A DNA stretch of 59,632 nt, the filler included. It is 8 parts of 8 records of this genome, joined end to end, with 100 filler letters (N's around TTAATTAATTAA, not from the genome) between each part and the next. Parts side by side here need not be neighbours in the genome. Positions count along the whole stretch, not along the records: positions 1 to 6,222 come from SRR31156797_38121; positions 6,323 to 11,327 come from SRR31156797_38132; 6 more parts are not named here. The stretch is one strand, 5' to 3'. The notes beneath the pieces are model-generated. The model was not told the origin of the DNA. It saw only the letters and a program-made list of their open reading frames with translations, and searched no databases. The position numbers and the translations under genes were made by a program. Each line of letters begins with the position of its first letter. Positions within the stretch are counted from its first letter, which is position 1. Below are positions 1 to 9,173 of the stretch, one piece after another.

Positions 1-824
1 GATATATGTTACCATGGGGACAAATGTCTTTCTGGGCTGCACAAGTTATCACTAACTTATTTGCTGGTGGTTCTTTAGAAGCTTGGGGACTTGTTGAATG
101 GATTAGAGGTGGTTTCTCTGTTGATGATTCTACATTAACAAGATTCTTTATGTTACACGTATTTCTTTTACCATTAGTGATTATCAAGATTATTGTTATT
201 CACTTCTATACTTTAAGAATCCCACACGTTAATAACCAAGAATCAGAAGAGCTTGATTATGATGCGGAAGCTGAAAAATATCTTGCTGGAAATAAAAAAG
301 AAGCAAAAGTTATCCCATTTTGGCCTGTATTCTTATCTAAAGACTTTGCAGTACTTGGAATATTCTTAATTTTCTATTTCTATCTAGTATTCTTTAACTA
401 TAACTTTGCGATGGATCCAGTAAACTTTGATCCAGCAGATCCAATGAAAACACCAGCACATATTTATCCTGAGTGGTATTTCTTATGGTCATATGAGACA
501 TTAAGAGGACCTTTCTTTGATATGCTTGGTATGAAAGCTATGGATATCGGACTTATCATTTTTGGATTTGCACAAATTGCATTCTTAATTATTCCATTTA
601 TTGATAAAGATCCAGATATCTTACCTGCTCATAAACGACCTAGATTTATGATCTGGTTCTGGATTATGATCATTGACTTACTAGTACTTACAGTATATGG
701 TAAATTACCTCCAACTGGTGCTAATGCATGGGTAGGATTCTTCGCAACTGGAGTATTCTTACTACTATTTATTTCATTACCTTTTGTATCTAAAGCAGAC
801 GCAAAAGCTAGAGGAGCGTTATAA
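1..824 (+). CDS. petB: Cytochrome b of the bc1 complex (5' truncated by window edge)
   Basis: [17 protein letters not shown] and HIYPEWYFL (PEWY) motifs; multiple TM helices. Confidence 0.95.
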   Translation, partial: YMLPWGQMSFWAAQVITNLFAGGSLEAWGLVEWIRGGFSVDDSTLTRFFMLHVFLLPLVIIKIIVIHFYTLRIPHVNNQESEELDYDAEAEKYLAGNKKEAKVIPFWPVFLSKDFAVLGIFLIFYFYLVFFNYNFAMDPVNFDPADPMKTPAHIYPEWYFLWSYETLRGPFFDMLGMKAMDIGLIIFGFAQIAFLIIPFIDKDPDILPAHKRPRFMIWFWIMIIDLLVLTVYGKLPPTGANAWVGFFATGVFLLLFISLPFVSKADAKARGAL

Positions 825-1708
825 TGAGAGAGATTAAAATATTAGCAATATTAGTATTCTTTACAGGTGTACTATATTGGGGAGTTGAGCCTTTTGCTCA
901 CTCACAAATGCACCCACATGTTGAAGCTCCTGATTATAGCTTTAATGATGTTGATGGATTACAAGGTGCTACAGGAAATGCTGCAAAAGGTGCTGAACTA
1001 GTTGCTGCAAACTGTACTGCTTGTCACTCTATTGAAAAAGCTGGTTTTCCTAAGATCATGGATGATGCATCTTCTGCTGCATCGTATGGAGTAGTTCCAC
1101 CAGATCTGAGCTCAGCTGGTAAACTTTATGATGCAAACTTTTTAGCTGCATTTATTAAAGATCCAGTAAAAGCTACTAAAACTGAACATAAATATGTTGA
1201 TGGGAAAGTGCACCCAATGCCAGGATATGGTTGGATGCAACCACAAGAGATCGCTGATATGGTTGCATATCTTCAATCTATTGCACCTGAGCAAATGACA
1301 AACAAAGAAGTATTTACTGATGCTTGTCAAAGATGTCACTCTATTAAATATGGGGACTTTAGATTTGATGGAACAAAAAGTTCAATGTTAGCTTTTACTC
1401 CAGATGAGAATATTAAAACATATATGGGAACATTACCACCAGATCTATCTCAACATATCAGAAGTAGAGGGGAACAATACTTACATGAGTTTATTAATAA
1501 TCCACAAAAACACCTTCATGGAACTTCTATGCCTAGAGTGGGATTAACACAAGAGGCAGAAAAGCAAGTGATTTCATATATGACTGAAGTTGGTGATAGT
1601 AAAAAACCTGAACGTGAAGCATTAGCTGGTCCATTCTTAGGATATCTTGTGATCTTTGCTATCTTTGCATGGCTATGGAAAGCTAAAATCTGGCGAGAAG
1701 TTCACTAA
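824..1708 (+). CDS. petC: Dihaem cytochrome c1 of the bc1 complex (Campylobacterota type)
   Basis: Two CxxCH motifs (CTACH, CQRCH), PPDLS motifs, GTSMPRVGL, C-terminal TM anchor; overlaps petB stop (TAATG). Confidence 0.92.
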   Translation: MREIKILAILVFFTGVLYWGVEPFAHSQMHPHVEAPDYSFNDVDGLQGATGNAAKGAELVAANCTACHSIEKAGFPKIMDDASSAASYGVVPPDLSSAGKLYDANFLAAFIKDPVKATKTEHKYVDGKVHPMPGYGWMQPQEIADMVAYLQSIAPEQMTNKEVFTDACQRCHSIKYGDFRFDGTKSSMLAFTPDENIKTYMGTLPPDLSQHIRSRGEQYLHEFINNPQKHLHGTSMPRVGLTQEAEKQVISYMTEVGDSKKPEREALAGPFLGYLVIFAIFAWLWKAKIWREVH

Positions 1709-1725
1709 GAATAAGGAGAGAAAGT

Positions 1726-2118
1726 ATGAAACTAACAAAAATTGCAATGGCTGCTGTTCTTAGTATTGGATTTGCTCACGCAGATCCAATGACAAAATCT
1801 ATGAACATTATGCAACAAGGAATTGAGCAGGTTCAATTTGGATTTATTAACAATAATGAAAAAATGATCAGAGATGGTTTAGAGCAAATCAAAAAAGGGA
1901 ACACAATGTTCTCTGATGAAGCAATAATCAAAAAATATTTACCAAATGATAAAAAACACATGGTAAATGTTGCTTCAAATGCATCGAAAAGAATTCATTT
2001 AGATGCAAATGTAATTGAGCTTAATCTTGATGACAAAGCATATACAAAAGCTGCTGAGGGTTACTCAGATATGCTTAATGCATGTTCACGTTGTCATGGA
2101 ATCATAAGAAGTTGGTAA
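1726..2118 (+). CDS. Periplasmic monohaem cytochrome c, probably class II (cytochrome c'-like helical bundle)
   Basis: Sec signal peptide (AHA|D), helical body, CSRCH haem motif at the extreme C-terminus, AGGAG RBS. Confidence 0.7.
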   Translation: MKLTKIAMAAVLSIGFAHADPMTKSMNIMQQGIEQVQFGFINNNEKMIRDGLEQIKKGNTMFSDEAIIKKYLPNDKKHMVNVASNASKRIHLDANVIELNLDDKAYTKAAEGYSDMLNACSRCHGIIRSW

Positions 2119-2128
2119 TACCAACTTC

Positions 2129-2575
2129 TTATATGTAACTAACTACCCTTATATTATCTTTATCAATATTTCTCATCTCATCATATAATTTTTGATATTT
2201 TAACTTTAACTCTTGTGATATAGGGACACGAATAGATTTATATTCAACCAATTGACTATCTTTATAAACTCCACTAATCGTTGCATGAACCCAATAAAAT
2301 CCTTTATCTTTTCGAAGATTTTTTACGATCCCTTCCCATCTTTGTTGTTTATGAAGTTTGTCCCACATCTCTTTAAAAGCACGTTTTGGCATATCAGGAT
2401 GACGTACTAGATTGTGAGACTTGCCAACTAATTCATCTACACTATATCCACTGATCTGTGCAAACGTTTCATTGGCATAAGTAATAATCCCTTTAAGATC
2501 AGTTCGTGATATAATCAATTCCCCCTCAGGAACAATAGTTTCAATTAAAAATTCACTCTCATTAAACTCTTTCAT
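2129..2575 (-). CDS. Stand-alone PAS-domain protein (Aer/CetB-like, probable FAD sensor)
   Basis: SRTDLKGIITYAN, HNLVRHPDMP, NLRKDKGFYWV are Aer-type PAS motifs; abuts napD. Confidence 0.85.
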   Translation of the reverse strand: MKEFNESEFLIETIVPEGELIISRTDLKGIITYANETFAQISGYSVDELVGKSHNLVRHPDMPKRAFKEMWDKLHKQQRWEGIVKNLRKDKGFYWVHATISGVYKDSQLVEYKSIRVPISQELKLKYQKLYDEMRNIDKDNIRVVSYI

Positions 2576-2959
2576 CTATTCAACCTTGTCAAACTCAGCA
2601 GCAAAACCTTCTAAGTTTTTTCTTTTTAAATCACCTCTATAGATGATCTTATCAGGATCTACATTTTCATCATTAAGCATCTTTGGTACTGCATCAGCAT
2701 TATTTAAAACCTCAATATGCTCATCAAGTTCATCTTCACTATATGCCATCTGCATATCTGCCGAGATCACATGAGGTATAGCCTCTATTACTCTAAGCTT
2801 CTCTAATTCCTCTTTTACACCGTTTCCCTCAATAGTAACGATAACTCTTCCCTTTTCATCATGCAAATGATAATCACACACCTCACACTCTTGTAAACTT
2901 TTAACAACCTCTTCAAGATATTTTGGAACTGTTTGTACAACGATACTTGATATATTCAT
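2576..2959 (-). CDS. napD: NapA chaperone NapD
   Basis: MNISSIVVQ...GRVIVTIEG signature; position in nap operon. Confidence 0.9.
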   Translation of the reverse strand: MNISSIVVQTVPKYLEEVVKSLQECEVCDYHLHDEKGRVIVTIEGNGVKEELEKLRVIEAIPHVISADMQMAYSEDELDEHIEVLNNADAVPKMLNDENVDPDKIIYRGDLKRKNLEGFAAEFDKVE

Positions 2960-2969
2960 TACTTACTCC

Positions 2970-3917
2970 TTATTTTAAGTTAAAATAATTGATTTGTGAG
3001 TCATCACTACTGGTGAAAACTTCTTTTTCATTTATAAATAATATTTGCGTTAGAGTTGCTCTTTGCCCTTGTAAATTATAAAGTTCTTTATGGCTGTTAA
3101 TATCCACAATCAATACTTCATTTTGCTCATTATAAGCAACAGCACCTAGTTTTCCACTAGGACTTAAGCCACAACTGTAAAGTAAAAAATCATAATGAAA
3201 AGCATATGATGAGTGATTTTTATACACTACTGCTTGTCTATCTTGACCTGCGGTGAAGATCACTCCGTTTTTATAATCAAGTTGATACACTCTATCTAAG
3301 TTTATCGCTTTTGGCTGCTCTATCACTTGTCCTGTTTGAACATCTAAAACTCTTACGATTCCGCTTTCATCGGTTGTGGCAAGTTTTGTTTTATCCTCAT
3401 TTAGCATAAAATGTGAAAATGACGAAGGACTAATTTGGATTAAATATTTTAAAGTTTTTGTTTTAAAATTATATACTCCTACTTGATTGCTTAATAGTGC
3501 AAATACTATTTCATTACCTGATATAAAACTTGCTTTTTGGATAAAATATTTTTTTTCTATTCCTATAATTTTTTCTAGTTTTTCATTTTCAAAAAGAAAA
3601 ACATTTCGATACCCTTTCATCCCTTGTGAAACGATAAGTACTTTATCATGGAATAGATCGATTGAGTATATTTTTGCAGGTATCGTATCTCCCATAAAGT
3701 CTTTTATATCAGGAAGTTTTATCTCTTTTATTTTTTTAGCACTCTGTTTATCAAAAAGCTCAACTGTTCCGTTACTTGTCCCTGCATATAAAACATTATC
3801 TTTAAAGCTAAGACTTTGTACGGTCCCACTTGATTGAAATATCTTGGTCGGTTCTAAATTTTCTACTGATAGAAGCGTAGAAACAGATAAAAATAAGAGT
3901 ATTAATTTTTTAAGCAT
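2970..3917 (-). CDS. napL: NapL, periplasmic WD40/beta-propeller accessory protein (likely start MLKKL at 3917)
   Basis: Signal peptide, WD40-like repeats, LPDIKDFMGD motif, position between napF region and napD. Confidence 0.8.
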   Translation of the reverse strand: MLKKLILLFLSVSTLLSVENLEPTKIFQSSGTVQSLSFKDNVLYAGTSNGTVELFDKQSAKKIKEIKLPDIKDFMGDTIPAKIYSIDLFHDKVLIVSQGMKGYRNVFLFENEKLEKIIGIEKKYFIQKASFISGNEIVFALLSNQVGVYNFKTKTLKYLIQISPSSFSHFMLNEDKTKLATTDESGIVRVLDVQTGQVIEQPKAINLDRVYQLDYKNGVIFTAGQDRQAVVYKNHSSYAFHYDFLLYSCGLSPSGKLGAVAYNEQNEVLIVDINSHKELYNLQGQRATLTQILFINEKEVFTSSDDSQINYFNLK

Positions 3918-4221
3918 TTGGATTGAACCCACTTTCGTTTTCATTATTTTGCTCCATCTGTGATATCTCATTAGCATACTCTTTTTGAAGCTCTGCCATT
4001 TTTGCTTCTAGGTCTTGATAGCTTGCTAATGATAAGCTTTTTGATTTATTCCATACTACCTCTATATCATTTCCATACTGTGCACCCATATCTTCAATAT
4101 TTTGTTTATATTCATTTAGATCTTTACAAACAACACTCTCATTTGATAAAGTATCACGAAGTTCAATAAACCAATTTCCAGCCTTATCTTCATCAACATA
4201 CGATATAAACTCTACTGCCAT
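3910..4221 (-). CDS. Acidic hypothetical protein inside the nap operon
   Basis: 103-aa ORF packed tightly between napF and napL, overlapping the napL start. Confidence 0.7.
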   Translation of the reverse strand: MAVEFISYVDEDKAGNWFIELRDTLSNESVVCKDLNEYKQNIEDMGAQYGNDIEVVWNKSKSLSLASYQDLEAKMAELQKEYANEISQMEQNNENESGFNPNA

Positions 4222-4224
4222 TTT

Positions 4225-4713
4225 TTATCCTTTATCTTTTATAATAATTGCATTTGTTGGACAAACCCCTACACAAAATCCACAGCTTGTACATTTTTCG
4301 CTATTTATACTTGGTTTAAATATCCCTAAAAACTCTATAGCATCTTCTAAACAAGGGTCTTTGCAAGAAAAACACATGGTGTTACTCCAACTCATACATT
4401 TTAACATATCTATTTCAATATCTACTGGGATATTTGCTTTATTCTCAACTGATAAAACCTCTGTTGGACAATGAATAGCACACTCATCACAATAAGTACA
4501 TCCACTCTTTTGAAAATCTAATTTTGGAATACCATTCTCATCTAATACTATAATATTCTCTTGACAAAAAGTACTACATGGTGAATCTATACATTCACTG
4601 CACTCTTTATAAAAAGAATCTACCTCTTTATAGTATGGTGGATAAATTATAAGCTCTTTTTTCTCTTTTCTCTTTGAAGAGAAAAGAGAACTAAATAGTT
4701 CTCTTCTATCCAT
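4225..4713 (-). CDS. napF: Ferredoxin-type protein NapF
   Basis: MDRRELF N-terminus, four Cys clusters (e.g. CTYCDECAIHCP, CTSCGFCVGVCP). Confidence 0.9.
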   Translation of the reverse strand: MDRRELFSSLFSSKRKEKKELIIYPPYYKEVDSFYKECSECIDSPCSTFCQENIIVLDENGIPKLDFQKSGCTYCDECAIHCPTEVLSVENKANIPVDIEIDMLKCMSWSNTMCFSCKDPCLEDAIEFLGIFKPSINSEKCTSCGFCVGVCPTNAIIIKDKG

Positions 4714-4715
4714 TA

Positions 4716-5378
4716 TTATTCTCCAAGAAGTGTATCAAGTCCCTCGGTCAGTTTACTTCCTGACCAACTTGATTTTTTAGCACCATCTTTTGAAGTAAAT
4801 TCTGGTGTAAATGTATTCTCTACTAATTGCCCTTCACTTTGAGGTGCGTGACATTGTGAACAGTTAAATCTTGCTCCTGATAAACTACTCATTTTTTTAA
4901 TTGACACATGTGATAATTTATCACTTGATGTATTATCAACTGCCGTACCATTTTTTGTAATTCTTCCATCATTTGCAAGAGATGTTTTAGGTCTAAAATC
5001 TGTAAAATGCGAGCCTGGAATCGGTGTAGCATTCATGCTCACTGCAACTTCAGGCATATGACAACTTGTACATTGGTTATTATTAATAGTGATCGGTAAC
5101 ATCCCATCAACATCATGTGGGATCATTGGTGGAGCATCTTGAAATGCTCTATTGATCGTATGTCCACTTCCTGCATAATTTGTAGCGTATTTTGTTTCAT
5201 CTGGAGTGACTGTATTTTCACTATATAGATCAACTTTTCTTAAACCCAAAGACTCTTCAGAGATCGTCGGCTTTACGACTTCTTGTTTCATAGGTGCTGC
5301 ATTACTCTCATTGCACCCTGTAAAAAACAATACGGAACAACCCACAATACTCAGTGTAATTTTTGTAGCTAGTTTCAT
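4716..5378 (-). CDS. napB: Periplasmic nitrate reductase dihaem subunit NapB
   Basis: RAFQDAPPMIPH, CTSCH, RFNCSQCHAPQ. Confidence 0.93.
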   Translation of the reverse strand: MKLATKITLSIVGCSVLFFTGCNESNAAPMKQEVVKPTISEESLGLRKVDLYSENTVTPDETKYATNYAGSGHTINRAFQDAPPMIPHDVDGMLPITINNNQCTSCHMPEVAVSMNATPIPGSHFTDFRPKTSLANDGRITKNGTAVDNTSSDKLSHVSIKKMSSLSGARFNCSQCHAPQSEGQLVENTFTPEFTSKDGAKKSSWSGSKLTEGLDTLLGE

Positions 5379-6196
5379 ACTAATTCCCCTTTATTATTTT
5401 TTTTGACTAAATTTCGAATTGAAAAATTAAGTGCATCGTCATCACACACCTCAATACATCTTGCACAATTTGTACATTCCCCCATCAATACCTGCTCGCT
5501 TGATTTTCCAACCATAAACAGTACTTGATTTTCCGGGCAAACCTCTTTACATTTCATACAAGCTGTACACTTCTCTTCATCGTGTTTCACTCGAATAAGA
5601 CTAAATCTTCCAATCAAAGAATAGATTCCTCCAATTGGGCAGATATGTCCACACCAACCGTTTTTTAATACAAAAAGATCAAATAAAAATATCACTACGA
5701 TTGCTGCCCATCCAAAACCAAGACCAAAGATGATCCCTCGATGAACCATAGCAACAGGCGAGATAAATTCAAATGCCGTGATCCCAAAACCAAAAGATAT
5801 CACCAAACTTATAGCGATCACCCAATATCTCATACTTCTAGTTGCAGGCTGTCTTTTTTGAACTTGATTAAATCCAAGTTTTCTTCTTAAATAATTTGCC
5901 AAGTCCGTGATCATATTAACTGGACAAACCCAAGAACAAAATGCCCGACCGCCGACGATCCCGTAAAAAGATACCGCAATAACCATTCCTAAAAATATAT
6001 CTGAAGCGATAACCGCACCAGCAACAAACATTTGCAATACTGCATAAGGATCACTCATAGGGATCGCTCCTAAGATAAGTGAAGAACTTAAATTTCCAAT
6101 AATAAAGTCCCATCCCCAAGCATTTGCTCCAAAGTAAAGGAGCATCAAAGAGATCTGAGAGATTCGTCTAAGGATTAAATATTTATTCTTAATCAT
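5375..6196 (-). CDS. napH: Quinol dehydrogenase membrane subunit NapH
   Basis: GRAFCSWVCP, GWCGHICP, two 4Fe-4S motifs, four TM segments. Confidence 0.95.
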   Translation of the reverse strand: MIKNKYLILRRISQISLMLLYFGANAWGWDFIIGNLSSSLILGAIPMSDPYAVLQMFVAGAVIASDIFLGMVIAVSFYGIVGGRAFCSWVCPVNMITDLANYLRRKLGFNQVQKRQPATRSMRYWVIAISLVISFGFGITAFEFISPVAMVHRGIIFGLGFGWAAIVVIFLFDLFVLKNGWCGHICPIGGIYSLIGRFSLIRVKHDEEKCTACMKCKEVCPENQVLFMVGKSSEQVLMGECTNCARCIEVCDDDALNFSIRNLVKKNNKGELV

Positions 6197-6222
6197 CTAA
6201 AAGTCCTCCCATATCATTTAAT
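6189..6222 (-). CDS. napG: Probable 3' end of napG (contig edge)
   Basis: Frame LNDMGGLLDD* overlaps the napH start, the position expected for napG; only 10 codons visible. Confidence 0.5.
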
Positions 6223-6322
6223 NNNNNNNNNNNNNNNNNNNNNNNNNNNNNNNNNNNNNNNNNNNNTTAATTAATTAANNNNNNNNNNNNNNNNNNNNNN
6301 NNNNNNNNNNNNNNNNNNNNNN
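6223..6322. other. Artificial contig spacer
   Basis: N-run with TTAATTAATTAA (stops in all six frames); composition changes across it. Confidence 0.98.
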
Positions 6323-6915
6323 GGGCCTATTCCCTGGCCAATCCGCCCCATGACAAAAATATTCTCATGCTCAACGTACGTATTGCCACACCGCCGCCGG
6401 GCACAGAAGGCATTCCCCCCGGCTTTGGTTCATCCTATGTGTTCGGGCTTAAATCCGGGGACCGGGTGATGGTGTCGGGTCCTTACGGGGATTTCATGGC
6501 AAAGGATACGGACCGGGAAATGTGCTTTATCGGCGGTGGTGCCGGCATGGCGCCTTTGCGTTCCCATATTCTGCACCAGCTGAACGGTATCAATTCCGGC
6601 CGCACCATCTCTTTCTGGTACGGGGCCAGAGCCCAAAAAGAGATGTTTTATGACGAAGATTTTAAAGAACTGGCTGAAAAATATCCTAATTTTTCCTACC
6701 ATGTGGCCTTGTCCGCCCCCGAAGCAGATGATAATTGGACCGGGCGGACCGGGTTTATCAACACCTGTCTTGTGGATGAATACCTAAGCCCCCACGAAGA
6801 TCCGGCTGAAATTGAGTATTACCTGTGCGGCCCGCCGCCCATGATTGATTCCGTGATTAACACCCTTTATGAGATGGGTGTGGAAGATGATATGATCTTT
6901 TATGACAAGTTTTAA
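6323..6915 (+). CDS. nqrF: Na+-NQR subunit F, C-terminal part (5' truncated)
   Basis: (R)AYSLAN upstream in frame, LNVRIATPPP, GGGAGMAPLRSH, EYYLCGPPPM, terminal FYDKF. Confidence 0.88.
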
Positions 6916-7201
6916 AGGATAGGTTCATGTTGCCTTTCAGGATCTTATTTGATCAAAAGCTCTACAAGGGAATGGAGCAGAGCCCTTCCTCGTTGGCCGA
7001 CATTGTTTTATAAGAAAGTCCGGGTAAATTTCCTATATCTTTCCAACTTTGTTGTGGGCTGTGCCTGGCAACTGATATGCCAGCTCAGCTCATGGCTGTT
7101 ATATCAAAAAAACAATGCTTACCTTTTTTTCCTGGCTGTTTGCATCAATCCGTTTGATCCGGACGCAACAATTACTGTAACGAGATAGTACCCCCCCAAC
7201 A

Positions 7202-7885
7202 TTAGTCCATCTTCTTTGATAAGTGATCAAGATACCACTTCATTGGATCAAACAATTCAAATCCCTGCTTGATGAGCTTCGCTTTTATTGTTGCCACATT
7301 ATTGGTCAACAGATAGGGGAAAACTGCCCGTTTTTCTTTATCCCAATATTTTGCCACAAGGACACTGCCCAACGAGACCTTCTCTTCTGCTACGATATCG
7401 ATGATTTTCTTCATCTGCCCATATTCTTCTTTCACCAGGATACACAGCAATGAACCGGGGTCTCCAATACCCATGATATTGACAAAGGCGCTCATCAGAT
7501 CTCTTGTTGACATCATGCCTCTGAGCTTGCCCTCTTCGTCCACGACGGGTAAGGCACCCACCTTTTTCTTCCGACCCATGATTATAAGGGTATCCTGCAG
7601 GGTAAAATATACCGAAATTGTCGTGGGGTCAGGTGTCATTATTTCTTCTACACGATGTTCCATAAGTTTCCCGTAGGACGCGTTATATTCATCCTCCGGT
7701 AACAACTTCGACGGCATGGCATCACGCATGTCACGGTCCGATACGATGCCGATCAGGTTCTCGTCGTCATCAACAACAGGAATATGGCGAATGTTGTTTT
7801 CCGTCATTGCCTGCCACACCACCGATAATTTTTCCTTCGGACCTATGGTAATAAGATCGGTACTCATGGTTTCACTTACAAACAT
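7202..7885 (-). CDS. CBS-pair + ACT-like protein (AcuB family)
   Basis: Two CBS domains (IRHIPVVD, VGALPVVD, GIVSDRD) plus C-terminal ACT-like region; next to deacetylase and acs. Confidence 0.8.
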   Translation of the reverse strand: MFVSETMSTDLITIGPKEKLSVVWQAMTENNIRHIPVVDDDENLIGIVSDRDMRDAMPSKLLPEDEYNASYGKLMEHRVEEIMTPDPTTISVYFTLQDTLIIMGRKKKVGALPVVDEEGKLRGMMSTRDLMSAFVNIMGIGDPGSLLCILVKEEYGQMKKIIDIVAEEKVSLGSVLVAKYWDKEKRAVFPYLLTNNVATIKAKLIKQGFELFDPMKWYLDHLSKKMD

Positions 7886-7924
7886 AATCCCTCCATTAAT
7901 ATTGGCAGTTACCCTTTATTTCGC

Positions 7925-8875
7925 TCATATTCCAGCTAACATCTTCACATGATCCACAACCAGTTTGGACAGTACCTCAAGATTATATCCACCCTCGAGG
8001 ACAGATATTATCCTGCCGTCTGTATATCGATTTGCAATATTGACAATTGTCTCATTGATGAAATCGTATCCATCGGCTGTAAGGTTAATCCCGGACATAA
8101 GATCTGAAGCATGGGCATCAAAACCAGCCGATAACAGCAGAACCTCCGGTTGGAATTTTTCCAACGCCGGCACCATATCAGTGGTGATTTTTCTTTTGTA
8201 ATCACTATCTCCCTGCCCGGGTAATACCGGCGTGTTACAGGTGAAACCAAGCCCCGTTGCCACACCCTCTTCAAACTCCCGCCCCGTTCCGGGATAAGCA
8301 AAAGACGGGTGCTCGTGGATGGAGTAATAAAACACTGTATCATCCTGTTCGAAGGTATGCTGCGTACCGTTGCCGTGGTGGACATCAAAATCGATTACGG
8401 CAACGCGCCCAACACCCCAGTTCCGCTGCAGATAGCGGGCTCCGATGGCAACATTATTGAAATAGCAGAACCCCATGGCATGATCTGCCTCCGCGTGGTG
8501 TCCCGGAGGCCTCACCGCACAAAACGCATTGTTTACCTCTCCCGTCATCATTTTATCAATGGCACAGAGAACACCACCCGCCGCCAGAAAGGCGGTATCA
8601 TAGGTATCCCGACAGATAGCGTTGTCCTGGTGGTCAAAGTCAGGCATTCCCATGATACAAGCCTCTTCGAACCGCATGATATAGCGTATATCATGCACCA
8701 TTTCAATCCAACGCTGATCGGCAGGTTTAGCCTTGATCAATACCAGTTTTTCCAATAGACCGGACGTCTTCAAACCATTCAGAATAGCCACCAACCGTTC
8801 AGGGCACTCCGGGTGACCTTTTCCCGTCACATGCTGTAAATATTTCGCATCAAAAACAAATCCAGTTTTATTCAT
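7925..8875 (-). CDS. Zn-dependent histone-deacetylase-family protein (AcuC/AphA-like); likely start MNKTGF
   Basis: HPECPERL, RPPGHHA, GFCYFNN, DFDVHHGNGTQ, SAGFDAH, LEGGY motifs. Confidence 0.92.
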   Translation of the reverse strand: MNKTGFVFDAKYLQHVTGKGHPECPERLVAILNGLKTSGLLEKLVLIKAKPADQRWIEMVHDIRYIMRFEEACIMGMPDFDHQDNAICRDTYDTAFLAAGGVLCAIDKMMTGEVNNAFCAVRPPGHHAEADHAMGFCYFNNVAIGARYLQRNWGVGRVAVIDFDVHHGNGTQHTFEQDDTVFYYSIHEHPSFAYPGTGREFEEGVATGLGFTCNTPVLPGQGDSDYKRKITTDMVPALEKFQPEVLLLSAGFDAHASDLMSGINLTADGYDFINETIVNIANRYTDGRIISVLEGGYNLEVLSKLVVDHVKMLAGI

Positions 8876-8955
8876 TATTGCATCCCATCTTTTGCAGACT
8901 GCCACCCGGCAGTCTTACCAGGTCTTCGATGTGAACTCGCCCTCTCCTCTGGCAT
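8875..8955 (-). CDS. Putative 26-aa leader ORF (MPEERASSHRRPGKTAGWQSAKDGMQ) coupled to the deacetylase
   Basis: GGAGG RBS upstream; its stop overlaps the deacetylase start (TAATG); not in the ORF track. Confidence 0.4.
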   Translation of the reverse strand: MPEERASSHRRPGKTAGWQSAKDGMQ

Positions 8956-9173
8956 AATCACTTGCCTCCAATCGTTTAAATCCGTCTTCCCTTATGTAAA
9001 AATAACATATCTTTTACGAATCGTCACCCCGGCAGGCCGCAACAAATAACATATCAATTTTTCGTAGCCATTTTTTTTAACCCAATTGCAATATCAACAC
9101 TTTTATGGTAACTATTATAATATGTTATGTTGGAGTTGGCTTAGTTAACCAAATACTTCAAAGGAGCATAGGT

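Noticed and set aside
7012-7024. RNase P RNA signature (GAAAGTCCGGG)
   Set aside because: Isolated match with none of the other conserved RNase P regions or length available.
6949-7188. 79-aa ORF after nqrF
   Set aside because: TTG start, no clear RBS, no recognisable motif; likely intergenic.
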